NCBI GenBank assembly: GCA_013239625.1
Contig: MU054187.1
Location: 12,131,325 to 12,195,324, forward strand
DNA: 64,000 nucleotides
From: Lama guanicoe
Lineage: Eukaryota
Direction: 5' to 3'
Position 1 is the first letter of the stretch; each line of letters begins with the position of its first letter. The position numbers and the translations under genes were made by a program. Under the pieces are notes generated by a model that was not told the DNA's origin, made no database searches, and was given only the letters and a program-made list of their open reading frames with translations. Below are positions 1 to 12,109 of this stretch, piece after piece.

Positions 1-349
1 TTTTTAATTTCAGCAAAAGAATTGAAAGCAAAAAAGTATTAAGATTTTAATTTTTAAAGGTAATAGTTCTGAGAGATATAATTTGATACTTTTATCCCTA
101 CCTGCCTCCCCAACATCTTTACTTTGATGTCTAAGGGATGCCCAAAGCCATGACTTTCTGCCGCAGCTGTTCCTCCAGTTGCCTTCCCCAGAGTTGATGC
201 CTATTCTTATTTCTCAGACCCAAACAATGGCGTCACTCTTGGCTCCTTCCTTTTTCACGAACTCCAGATCCAAAGTGAAGAAAAATAAAGCTGATTCTAT
301 CTTTGAACTATATCTAGACCTACCCATATATGAGCACTTGCCCTGGGAT

Positions 350-459
350 GCCTTGATCTCAGCCGTCTGGTCTCCAGGACTAGGGGAGGATGAATTCCTG
401 TTGTTCTGAACCACCTGGCTTGTGGTCATTTGTTACAGAAGCCACGGGACAGTCACACA
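350..459 (+). mobile_element. MaLR (MLT1-like) LTR 3' fragment
   Basis: ccttgatctcagcc...tccaggact...ctgttgttctgaaccacc...gtggtcatttgttacagaagcc...aca resembles the MLT1 3' end; family assigned from recall. Confidence 0.6.
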
Positions 460-3400
460 GACCCTGCAATGTAGGCTTCTGCGGGTGTGAGTCTCATTAA
501 AGGCAGACAGAGGATGGGTTATGGAACCCTTAGAGTCAGCGTTGGGCCAGCAGAAATCCTAAAACCGTGGCTGGACACAGGAAGCTGAGGGGTCAAGTCT
601 GAAGCCCATCCCTGAGGGTGCCGGCTGCACACCGCCACCCTGGGTTCTTGCACCTGTGCACGTGGGTATTTCAAACCTGACTGAGGACCTTTAATGTCAC
701 CAGTCACGTTGCTAAGAACCTGACAGATGAAACCCAATCAGGACACTTGCTACACTGATAAACACAATTCTGAAGTTGGCCACAGGTGTGGAATTTTCTC
801 ACAAGCGGCCAGCAGCCCCCTGCAATGAGCCTCCTCATCGGAAACTAGTGGGCCGTGCGGAGGTGTCTCCCAGGTTAGCTGCTCCTAAAGTTTATCCACC
901 CTTCCCAGGTAAGCCACCTGGGTATGTGCAAGGACCGTGGAGGCTGGAGGACAGGGCTTGGAGCCTGCCCTGACACAGCCCACATAGGATGGTCCTGTCC
1001 TGGGCACTCTTCTGGAAACTTTCCACTTACCTCCCTGAGTCGGCCTCCTTTCCTGGTCCCCACTGCCTCTTTTCTTGCTTCCTCACCTCTGCCTGGGGAG
1101 AACAGCAGGTGAGGGTGACACATTAGCAGGTGGCAGCCCTGCAACTCCTGCGGAAGGTCCAGCGGAGGTTCGCTCAGACCAGGCCACCCGCACGGCCACG
1201 GCCCCTCACTCCCAGCCGCCGGCCCAGCCCCACAGCCGCTGGCAGGGCAGGGAGTATGGCCTGAGGTGCACCTGCTGTGCTCTTGCTGCCTGGAGGGGGT
1301 GTTTACACAGACCTCAATCCAGGCTCACCTGGGAAGGGCTGGCCAGTCAGGCTGCCCAGGTCGGCCAGTCCGCACCCATAAGGGGCTCATAGTTGCAGGA
1401 AATGGGCCTTGTTGAGCCAGTCAGTCCCAGGAACAGCGGTGGGGGCCTAAGGGTCAGGACGGCCTTGGGCGGAAGCTCTGGCTTGTTTTCTGATCATTTT
1501 ACCTGGCCCATGAGGTGGGGCAACTTCCAGCAAACCCTCTCTGCATGAGAAAGAACCAGGAGACAGGGAGAGGAGGGGTGGTGGGCAGGACAGAGGCCTG
1601 TTGCCCCGGATGCTGTGGAAGCCTCTGGAAGAGTGAGGGAGGGAGGCCGCACAGCGTGAAGCCCAGGTCACAGACATGTCCCGGAGCTGCTGTTTGTCAG
1701 GTCAGGTCCTGCTCCGAGGTGCTAAGGGTCAGGTGGGGCTGGAGGGTGCTCTGCATCCAGGGCTATGTGCACGGTTCCTGTGTGCCGAGCCCTCCTGGGG
1801 CGCCTGCCTGGGTCAGCCCGTGCGCTGGGAGGGGCCTGCCCAGCTGAGTCCCGTATCCTGAGACACGTCTGCCCACGTGAGCCCCGGGGGCTGCTGGGTG
1901 CCTGCCCACGTGGGCCCCGTGCCCTGGGAGGAGCATGCGAGCAAGCGTCTTTTCTTTGCAGCCGGCACAGAGCTGCTTAGTAACTCGCCTGTGGGCAGCG
2001 CTGGGAGTGGATGAGAACCAGGAGAAGCTGCGGGCCCCTGACCCCTGTCCAGGCCCATCCCCAGCAACGAGGTCAGTAGGTGGGTGACGGGCAGCCCCAT
2101 GGGTACCTCTTGTTTCTTCCACCTGACACCTGGGAGGCTTCCCCAGGATGGAGTGCACAGCCCGCCTTGGGCAGGTGGGAGCTCCTGGTGACCCTGCTAG
2201 AGACACAGGAAGGACCAGGCAGAGTCATGGGGCTCAGGGCCAAGGGGGCCTCTCTGGGTCTGACTGGGAGTGGACCAGCGCGGGGTGAGCTCCAAGAAAG
2301 CTGCCCTGGTGACGTGACACTGAACCTGCTTTAGGGTGACCCTCAGAATAGGATTGTGAAAGGAATCTCATTAAAGGAAGGTTTTGTGACACGAATCCCA
2401 CTGAAGGGATGGCTCTGCAAAGTGAATCCCCCTGAGAGGAGGCTCTGTGAGCTCTTCCCCTCAGAGGTGGGACGCAGAGCCTGAGGGAGCAGGCAGTCAC
2501 CCTGGGCGGGTGGTGGATGCAGACCCTGCTCTGTGGCCCCGCATTTGTGCTTCTGCGTGGGTTCCTTGGCTTCTCAGAGCCTCAGCTTCTCAGTTTGTGC
2601 CATGACAGCAGTACGGATGGATTAGAAAGTTGCTTAGAACAGGATGGAAAGGAGCCTTGTGGAAATTTCGTAGAATACTAACTTTAGGGAACCGCAGGTC
2701 TTTAGCACTGGGAGAGTAAACCTGGATTTGCAGATCTGTAGCGGAGCCTGAGCATGGGCTCAGCTCGGAGGATTTTCCGGTTTCCTGAATCATGGACCGA
2801 GGAGGCTCTGGTGGGCAGTGGCAGGTTCAGCCCACACCTGGAGGCATCTGGACCTCAAGGTTCAGCCTCGCCTGAGCCCTGTGTCCGGGCCCCCAGAGGG
2901 TGAGCAGGACAGGCTGGCCTCCTTCTTGGCCCCTTCCCTCCCAGGACGCGCGAAGTCCAGGCTGGCTTCAGGGAGAAGCAGGGATCGGGGGCGGGTGCCG
3001 CATGTGGGAACAGGACACGGGGCATCTTGTGAACGTGGGCGTCCATGCCAGGAACGTGGGTTGGTGGGACACAGACCCCAGGAGGTACAGACGGTGGGGC
3101 TGGGTGGAGCTTCTCTGATCACTGGGGAGGAAGGGCTGAGCAGCGGTGGTGGGGTGACTGCTCTCGTCCCCTGGTGGCCCCTCAGGCTCTGAGTCAGGGA
3201 GCCCACCAGGGAGGGCTGGAGGGCTCAGGCAGGAAGCACCGGTGGGTCAGCACGTGTGCAGATGCTTCCAGCCTGTGTCCAGCGGGAGCTCTCAAGGTTT
3301 CAGGTTCACACGAGCAGATCAGCTTCTGGTGAGCTTCGTTTATTTTCTACACAACGCAAAGTCCTAACATCCCGTGTGTCCACTGCCTGTGGACAGGCAC

Positions 3401-4354
3401 GTCTGGTCTGTCACCAGGTGCTGCCTCTGAGTCCCTTCTGACTGGATGCCTGGCAACCCATGTCACTGCATCATGACTGTGTGTCACATGGTGTCAGCAA
3501 ACGGTCCAGGCCCATGAGGAGCCGGGTTGTGGCTGTAGGCGTGCCCTCCGCTCACCCCACAGGCAGAGACCACTGTCCCCTTGCAGAGTAGGAGGCAGAG
3601 ACGGAGGTGGGTCTCACACCTGGGTTGGGGCCTGCGGGCTGGCAGGTGGAGGTGGTCAGCAGGGGTCCACGAGGGAAGGTTTCAGCCTGTTTACACGGAA
3701 GATGTGAGCGTGGGGGCAAATGCAGAGCTGCCTGCAGACACTGCTCTGAGAACCCCTGAGTTCTTTCCTGAGAAGACTGGGGAGAGGGTATGCAGGCTCT
3801 AGGGCAAACAGCTGGTTCTGGGGTGCTCTTGAGGGGAGTCAGTGCATAGCCACAGGGGCTCAGCCTGCAAAAGCCCAGGACCACTCCCAGAAAGGCCAGG
3901 GAAAGTTGTTCTTCCACCAACTAGCTGGGGAGGGTGGGGGTGGGGCCTGCAGGGCCACCCTCACCTTCGAGGACTTGCTGGGAGGCTCACAGGACTCAGA
4001 ACCTGCTTGCATGTGCACAGCTAAGATGGGTCACGGTGTGCAGTGGGGACGCACGGGGGATCCCTGCACTGGCTGCCTCATGCCCCCTCCTTCCTTGTGA
4101 GGGTTTGGAGAGCCTCTTGCTCCGGGGACAAAGGCAGAACCATGACATTTCCCCCAAGGCAAGCTCATTAGAGGCTTGGCCCCTGGCTGGGGGCTGATCA
4201 CATGGCGTCCTCTGCCCTCACCCTCCACAATGCCAGCACCCAGAAGCGGGGCTTGTGTTCAGCTTGAACCCCATGGCTTGGGCAGCCAGTGTACGCGCAG
4301 GAGGCCGCCCCTAATGGGAGGGAGGGTTCAGATCGGGGCAGGGGGCTGTTCAGC

Positions 4355-4805
4355 AGCTGCAGTAGATTCCTGGGGGCGACCATGACAAATGACCACAAAT
4401 GGAGGCTCAGAACAACAGACATTTATCGCCTCTCAGTCCTGGAGACCAGAAGTCTGAGATCAGCGTGTCCCAGGGCTGAGCTCCCTCCAGAGGCTCCAGG
4501 GGAGGGTCCTTCCTGTGTCTTCCTTTGCCTTCCAGCTTCTGGGGGCTCCAGGTGTCCCTGGGCTTCTGACCACATTTCTCCCCTCTCTGCCTCAGTGTTC
4601 ATGTGGCCTCTCCTCTGTGACGCTCCTGTCTCTTATGAGAACACCGTCATTGGATTTAGCACCTCCCTGATCCAGGATGATCTCACCTCAGATCCTTAAC
4701 TAATTATATCTGCAAAAAGCCTATTTCCAAATAAGGTCCCTTTCACAGGTTCTGGGGTCAGGACATGGGCATAACTTTTGAGGGCCCCCATTCAACCCAC
4801 TACAG
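4355..4805 (-). mobile_element. MaLR solo LTR (MLT1B/C-like)
   Basis: Typical motifs: aacaacagacatttat...ctggagaccagaagtctgagatc...ccaggatgatctcacctcagatccttaactaattatatctgcaaa...ataaggtc...attcaacccactaca. Confidence 0.85.
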
Positions 4806-6289
4806 CAGCCCCGTTCCCAGATGTCGGCCGATGGCCATCCTTGCTGGCTGACGTTCCTCAGGACAGCAGTCAGGCTGGTGATGTTCTTTTTGTGCAGAGG
4901 CTCTTTATTTCCTGTTGCAACTCGAGGGGAGGGGATGAGGCTGGCTGACCTCCCATCCTTTCCCGGGACCTTGCCGAGGCCCCTTCCCTGGGCGTGTGGG
5001 AGCGTGGCCAGGGTTCCCTGTGCCCACTGTACCCTGACTGCTTGGTGGTCAGACACCTGCACAGGCTGGGCATCCCCAGAGGACTGGACTGGCCTCTGGA
5101 GCACTGCACCTTCTACCACATTGACAGCCTGGTGCTTGGTGTGTGGGCCTGTGACTATGCCCTGCAGACAGGCAGGACCGGCGGGAGCCCTCCTACCTGC
5201 CTCGTGGCCTCCAGCCCACCACAGGCCCGCCAGTCCTCCTATGAACAGCCCTGTCCCATTAGCCCCCAAGAGGCCTGCTGGGAGGGGTGAGAACTTCACT
5301 GGGAAGATGAGACAGGGCAGGCCCTACCATAGCAGGTGTTGGCCAGCACCGGGTGTTGGGGTGTTTGTTCCCCAAAGGCCCAGGACCTGCGTGTCTGAGC
5401 CATGAGGGCTCTGACTCAAGGGGTTCACTCCGCCTGCAGGGAGAGCAAGTCCTTGGGTGATTTTCCAACCCTCCCCTCTGAGGTCCCAGGAGTCCATTCG
5501 TCTTCCTGGGGCACTCTTGGGTGACAATGCTGGTGGTCGACACAGCTTATTGTGGGGTGGGGAGGTGGCTCTAAGGCCAGAATCCGGGAGCCTCTTGAGG
5601 AAGCAGTGTCCTGACTCGAGGAGGACAAATGGACAGGCAGGGACAGGAGGGAGGCCCAGGGGGCAGTCGCTTCAGGCCTGGGGGAGCAGGCAGGTAGGGG
5701 ACATCGGAAGCAGGTGGCCTTGTCTGCCTCAAGGACATCCTCTGCTCCCAGGAGGGCAGCTGGCCAGGTCGTGGCGAACGTGGAGGGGTTTGAAGATGTG
5801 TCCCTAGGCCGCCTTGGAGGAGAAGCGCCTTGGTCGTGTCTTGGGACACAATCGCGAGCCTGCTGGGGAGTGTGCTGGGTCAGTGGCACGTGGGCGCATC
5901 CAAGACCCTTCGGAGCAGGACTTGCCTCCTCCAGGCCTAGCCCTGTCGGGGACTGGGGGCAGCTGTTACTGCAGGCACTGCCCCTGGCTGGGAGTGGCTG
6001 GCACGTCCCCTGACCTGTCGTTACAACCAAGCCGAGGCTGCTGTACCGGCTGCAGCAGGAGCAGGGCCAGTGGGTGGGATGTGCGTGGACGTCTCAGGAA
6101 AGCTGTGGGGTGCTTGCATCGATGGAGGCTGGCTGTCCACTGGGCACAAGACAGGAGCAAGCTGGACAGCAAGAACAGCCCAAGTAGGGAGGCTGCTGCG
6201 TGTCCTCGGTGTTCAGGACCCAGTTGAGACACTCATTCAGATGCTGAGAGGTTTTATCCTCAGGTGCCTCGTGTTTCATCACCTGGCAT

Positions 6290-6712
6290 GTGCGAGGGTC
6301 CTAGGGCAGCCGTGATAACGTGCCACAACTCGGGGATGGGGGCTCACAGTGGCAGAAATTTATCCTCTCGCAGCTCTGGGCCTGGAAATGCAAAATGAAG
6401 GTGTGGTTGTCCTGGAATCTTAGGGACATCTGCCCTGGCCTCTGACTTCTGCTGGTTTCCAGAAATCCTTGGCACTTCTGGGCTTGGGGCTACATCACGT
6501 CCACCTCTTCATCACCACGTGGCTTCTCCTCTGTGTCTGTGTCCAGATCTCCCTCCTCTTACAAGGACACCAGCTGGTGGATTTAGGGCTCTCCGTAATC
6601 CGGTATGACTTACATCTTAACTACATCTGCAAAGACGTCCCAAAATAAGGCCTCATTCTGAGGTCAGAATGGACATAAATTTGGGGGTTGGGCACTATTG
6701 GACCCACAGTAG
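6290..6712 (-). mobile_element. Second MaLR solo LTR (MLT1-like)
   Basis: Same motif order as 4355-4805 (gcagaaatttatcctctcgcagctctgg...ttacaaggacaccag...ctacatctgcaaagac...ataaggcctcattctgagg). Confidence 0.8.
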
Positions 6713-8874
6713 TAGGTGAGGGAAGATAAGGAACGAGACGTGACCACTGAACTAGAGGGGTCATGAGATTGAAAAAGCAGGCAGGTAGCTCCATGTGATC
6801 AATGCATTGGCTTCTTATCAGGTAACTTTCACAGGGTGGGTTCAGAAGCGGTGGAGCTACACTACGCGTGGCCAAGCGGTCACTGGGACAGTTTACAGTT
6901 AATTTGGTGGGGGGGGCGGGGGAAGGTGCCTGGAGACAGGACATGAGCTGGTAACACCAGCCTGTCGACGCATGCACGCTGCCTGCCCTGCATACCCTCC
7001 CCACAGTGGTTGGAGTTGAGCCCTTGCTCCCCACCCTCCCCCCATTGCAGAACTGGCCGCCAAGGCCTCCTGGGGAGCCCTCCCCAGCCGAGTTCGAATC
7101 CTGCCTGAGGCTCTGGAAACAATACACTCAGCTCAAGCCAGCCTACAGAGGTCACGCAGAGGTCATGCAGAGGTCCGAGTCGTCTGGTTCCCGAAGCAGC
7201 AGGACATGACCCTAGACACAGTGGGGTCCCTGGGAACAAGCGTGAGGTCACTTCTCAGGGCCATGGACCCTGTCTAGCTGGACGAGCAAGGCCTGTCCCA
7301 CCACATGACCTGTGGCCCTGACTCTGTGGCACCTTCTCCAGATCTGCCTGCCCTCTGGTAAGGCTGTCACCATCACTGACGCCGTCCTGGGCCTGGACAG
7401 CTCCTCCTGTCCTTATGTTGACCCTACCCAGGACCGTACTGGGCAGTCAATCACTTCTCTGTCCTCAAGGCCTTTCTAGCTCAAAGTTACTATTTAATAA
7501 TTATTAGGATCACGTGGCGTCTATGCTCTGTTGGTCCCCGATGAAAACCTTCGCTGAAGTATTCCCGGCACCCACAAGACCAGTTACCCATCCGTGAACC
7601 TTGACTTAGGGACGTTTGGACCTTAACATATTTTGTCTGTCGTGGGAAATTTAGACCTTAGCACCTGTCTTACACCAAGTTCATTTAGACCTGTGTGTCG
7701 TCTGCACTGAGAACATTGTGTTCTGCTCAGCCTAGGACATGGACTAGCTTCAGTACTGGGAAGGCCTGTCCTGCACTCGAATGTCCGTGCTTAGGTGTCT
7801 GGGGTCTGGAGCTGAGGCCAGCTTTCCAGGAGATGGCACTCTGTTCTGAGTTTGGCTACGTGGTCCTCCCAGGGGTCGGTGCTGTGGTAAGGGCCTTAGT
7901 CCCTAGATTCCTACCGGGTTCACCTTTTCTGGGCTCGTGGAGACTCAGGTGGGCTGCCTGGTAATTACTTCAATTCACCAGCACGCACACAGCGAGTAGG
8001 GAGGCAGGCTTCCCTGGTGACTTGATTGCTGGGCGCGCGGGGCTGGGTGCGGGGTCGATGGGCAGCAGGTGAGGCGGCCGCCGTGATCTTCTTCCGGTCG
8101 GCCATCCCTGCGTGGCGGAGTCCGGACCTGCCCGTCCTCTTTCAGCCCTGCTGTCCCGTGAGTTTTCTCAACACCTCAGTGAGAAAGGAAAGGGCCGAGC
8201 ACCCAGAACCAAGGTAGTGTGTTTAACTTTAGCCCCTAAGTGTCAAAAACAATTAGTCGTGCAAAACCAAAGTGAAACCAGCAGGGGACCGATCCTATAC
8301 TTTTTTCTGCAGTCCCAGGAGGTCCCAGGGACCCAGCTTGTTCCCATGCTGGGGCCCCACCTAGCACAGCCACGGTGTCCTGACCAAGGGGACCTGTGAC
8401 CCTGGGTGCAGGGTCTGGGGAGGTGGGGTCTCACCCCACCTGTATGGGTCAGACTCAGGTGCAGGAGGAAGCCCCATATCTGCTCTTTGCCTGCAGTGTG
8501 TCTCGTCTTCTCTGAGATTCCCAACATCTGAACTGAGGGTGTTGCCCTGATTAACCCGAGGTCCCTTTTCTTCTTTTAATCTTGTCACGTTCATAAGAAA
8601 ACAGGCACCTGTGAGCGGGTTGCTGCTCCATGTTCTCCTGAGTGACAGATAACCCTTGGTGGTATCATATCACGTATCATATCTAATCCGTGGGGGTCAC
8701 TGCTGTCTGGGTTCCCCTGGACAGAGCTCAGGTAGCACACAGACAAGTCTCCCTAAGAATGGTCCCCCAAGTGCCGTGTGAGGGTGTGATATGGCCCCCA
8801 AGGTGGGGGACAGTGCTAGGGTGTCAAACATTTGTAATAAAGGGAGTCAAATTGGAATCTCAATAAGACATTGC

Positions 8875-9473
8875 TTTTTAAAAAAATTTTCAATTGAGGT
8901 ATAGTCAGTTTACAACATTGTGTTAGTTTCTGATGTGCAGCATAATGATTTGGTTATACACACATATATATATTCCTTTTCCTATTTTTTTCATTGTAGG
9001 CTATTACAAGATATTGAATATAGTTCTCTGTGCTATACAGTATGAACTTATTTATCTATTTTATATATGTTAGTATCTGCAAATCTCAAACTCCCGATTT
9101 ATCCCTTGCCCCCCTCCCCACCCCCATAACCATAAGTTTTCTATGTCTGTGAGTCTGTTTCTGTTCTGTAAATAAGTTCATCCTTTTTTTAGATTCCACA
9201 TATCAGTGATATCAGGTATTTTTCTTTCTATCTGGCTTACTTCACTTAGAATGATGATCTCCAGGTCCATCCATGTTGTTGCAAATGGCATTATTTTATT
9301 TATTTATTTATTTTTAATAGAAGTACAGTCAATTACAGTGTATCAATTTCTGGTGTACAGCACAAAGTCCCATTCTTATATAGACATACATATATTTGTT
9401 TTCATAGTTTTTCCATTAAAGGTTATAAAATATTGAGCATAGTTTATTCTTTTTTATGGCTGAGTAGTATTCC

Positions 9474-9519
<46 letters not shown>

Positions 9520-10292
9520 TGCGCGTGCGCGCGTGCATGCGTGCGCACGTACAACTTCTTTATCCAGGCATTTATTTGTCAATGGACATTTAGGTAGCTT
9601 CCATATCTTGACTATTGTAAATAGTGCTGTTACAAACATTGGGGTGCATTTATCTTTTTGAATTAGTTTCTTCCAGATATATAACCAGGAGTGGGATTGA
9701 TGATGGGTCACAGGGTAAGTCTATTTGTAGTTTTTTGAGGAATCTTAGTACTGTTTTCCATAGTGGCTGCACCAAACTACATTCCGACTGACAGTGTAGG
9801 AGGGTTCGCTTTTCTCATACACCCTCTCCAGCATTTATCTTTTGTGGACTTTCTAATTATGGCCATTTTGACTGTTGTGAGGTGATCTTGTAGTTTTGAT
9901 TTGCATTTCTCTGGTAATTAGTGATACTGAGCATTTTTTCCTGTGCCTATTGGCCACCTATATGTCTTCATTGGAGGGATGTTTATTCAGGTCTTCTGCC
10001 TAGTTTTTGATTGGGTTGGTTGTTTTCTGTTACTGAGTTGTATGAGCTGTTTGTATATTCTGGAAATGAAGCCCTTGTCAGTTGCATTGTTTGCAAATGT
10101 TTCTCCTATTCTGTAGGTTGTCTTTTATTGTTTATAGTTTGCTGTGCAAAAGCTTTTGAGTTTAAGTAGATCTGATTCGTTTATTTTTGCTTTTATTTCT
10201 ATTGCCTGGGTAGACTGATCTAGAACATTGTTACAATTTAGAGAGTTTGCCTATGTTCTCTTCTAGGAGGTTTATGGTGTCTTAATGTTTAA
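8875..10292 (-). mobile_element. 5'-truncated LINE-1 (3' UTR plus degenerate ORF2 C-terminus), with a nested short L1 3' end at ~9300-9440 and a microsatellite
   Basis: Minus-strand ORF 9454..9711 contains IQKDKCTPMFVTALFTIVKIWKLPKCP, typical of the L1 ORF2 end; L1 3' UTR motifs; T-rich start. Confidence 0.9.
9476..9553. repeat. (TG)n microsatellite merging into a mixed GC/GT alternating tract
   Basis: 78 nt of unbroken purine/pyrimidine alternation. Confidence 0.95.
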
Positions 10293-10299
10293 AGGACAT

Positions 10300-10535
10300 C
10301 CATTTAAAAAGATTATTTTAAGTGAAATAAAACACGTCACACACCATTTACCATCGTCACCATTTGAAGTGCATGTTTCTGAGGCGTTAGGTACATTCAC
10401 CTTGTCATGGAGCTGTCGCCACCATCCCTGGAAATATTCATCACGTAAAATCAAAATCCCACAAGCATGAGAGTCTCACTCACTTCCCACCCTCTCCTGC
10501 AGCACCGGCCCCGACGGCCACTTTGGTCTGTAAGT
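10300..10535 (-). mobile_element. Older L1 (L1MB-like) 3' fragment
   Basis: ccatttaccatcgtcaccatttgaagtgcatgtttctgaggcgttaggtacattcaccttgt...ccaccatc resembles an L1MB 3' end. Confidence 0.6.
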
Positions 10536-11925
10536 TGTCAACTCCAGGGCCCGCACTTGAGTGGACTCCTGCAGTGTTTGCCAACAGGGCATTCGGGCGG
10601 AGCTGACTCTCAGTCTGAAGCTCTGCCTGTTTGCATCTGAACAAGCAGCATTTAGAGAGAGGTGTATGAGGGACAGGTGAGCCAGGACCCGACCAGCCGC
10701 CCAGGGGGGCCCTCTGGTCCCATCTCTTGGGCTCTGCCTTGTCTGTGTCCTTGCTGGCACCCCTGGGACGCTGGTGTCTGAGTGAAATTCCTCTGGTGTC
10801 CCTGCTCCCACTCACTCTGTGTGCTGATTTGGGGAGGGGGCTGCTTGCTGGGTGGTCTCTGCTCCTGTGGCAGGAAGGACACTGCAGGATGGACCTGCAG
10901 AATGTGGGGTGCGATGCCAGGAGTGTGGGGCCCACAGAGGACCCAGCACCTGGGCTGTGAGACGGGCTCGGGCCTCCGTATTGCCAACACAGGGTGTTCC
11001 CAAGGCCCCGCTCAGGACGGGGTAGTGGGTGGCCTGGGACCCCAGAGGCCTCACTCCTGTCTTGGAACTAATTGGTTACTAGTGTGAACAGAAGTTGTTG
11101 ATGTTTGTATATTCTAACCATCTGAGCTTTTTGACTCACTCCAAGAGCTGGTCAGTAGATTCACTGGGGCTTTCTCTATAGATGGTCAGATTGGCTGGAA
11201 TATTCTACCTCTTGTATTCCACCAGCATGGATAGTGGAGTGGGCCTCCTTATTTTGTCTGACTTTAATCTTTTTAATATTTCACCACGAAGTGGACGTAT
11301 CACAGTGGGATTCTATCAGATAACTTTAAATAACTTTAGAAACTTTACTTTGCCTAGAGGTTTTATTTTTCCTTGAGGTTTTCTCATGAACGGAGGCTGA
11401 AATTGATCCTATACACATTTATCAAATGGCATCTATTAAGTTAATCATTTTCCTGTCCTCTAATTTGCTAGCATAGTTAATAGGCTAGATAGGATTTTCT
11501 AATCACTTATTTTGTTTTTCATATATTTAAAAAATACAATTCCAGATTGTATTCATTATAATGATTCATGTAGTTAATGACCCGGGTTTTAAGTATTGTA
11601 CTTGCCTTGTCTATCAAGCATTAAGTCAATCTATCAGAACCATTATGATTGTTCTAATGTGTTAAGTATAACTTTCATAGGTCAGTCAGAAGTCCATGTG
11701 ATTCTCGTTAAGTGTGTTTTGAAGAAGTGTCTGGAGGTGGTAACACCATTAGGACTCAGTGGCCCTACATTCGACCTGTATTTGCCAATAAGCTGTTCGG
11801 TAATCTTAAGCAGACATACCCCTCTTGGCTTCAAACTGAAAACCTAGAAAATGGGCCATTGGGAGAATAAATGTTAATGTGCTAGGAACAGTATCTACTA
11901 TTGTATAAATGTAAGAAATTATTAA

Positions 11926-12016
11926 GGGGGGGTGGGTATAGCTCAGTGGTAGCATGCACGTGCAGCATGCCAAGAGGTCCCAGGTTCAATCCCCAGTACC
12001 TCCATAAAAAAGAAAA
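11926..12016 (+). mobile_element. tRNA-Ala-derived SINE (camelid vic-1-like)
   Basis: G-run, A-box tagctcagtggtag, B-box ggttcaatccc, A-rich tail; imperfect TSD aaattattaag/aaattataag. Confidence 0.85.
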
Positions 12017-12109
12017 CTTATAAAATTATAAGTCAGGTAATTTTATATTTAACTGCAATTATGAATGAAGACACAATATAAACACATGAAAATCTCCAAA
12101 GCCATGTAA

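Noticed and set aside
6020..6076. TKPRLLYRLQQEQGQWV as a KRAB-B box exon
   Set aside because: The spacing resembles KP.LI..LEQG.EPW, but there is an in-frame stop just upstream, no suitable splice sites, and no KRAB-A or C2H2 array in the window.
6715..6965. Possible additional LTR fragment next to the second MLT1
   Set aside because: Only a vague resemblance; I could not define termini or family.
179..8600. Many overlapping 60-200 aa ORFs on both strands as a novel gene
   Set aside because: Expected in GC-rich DNA with few stop codons. There is no recognisable domain or coherent splice structure, and several overlap MLT1 LTRs.
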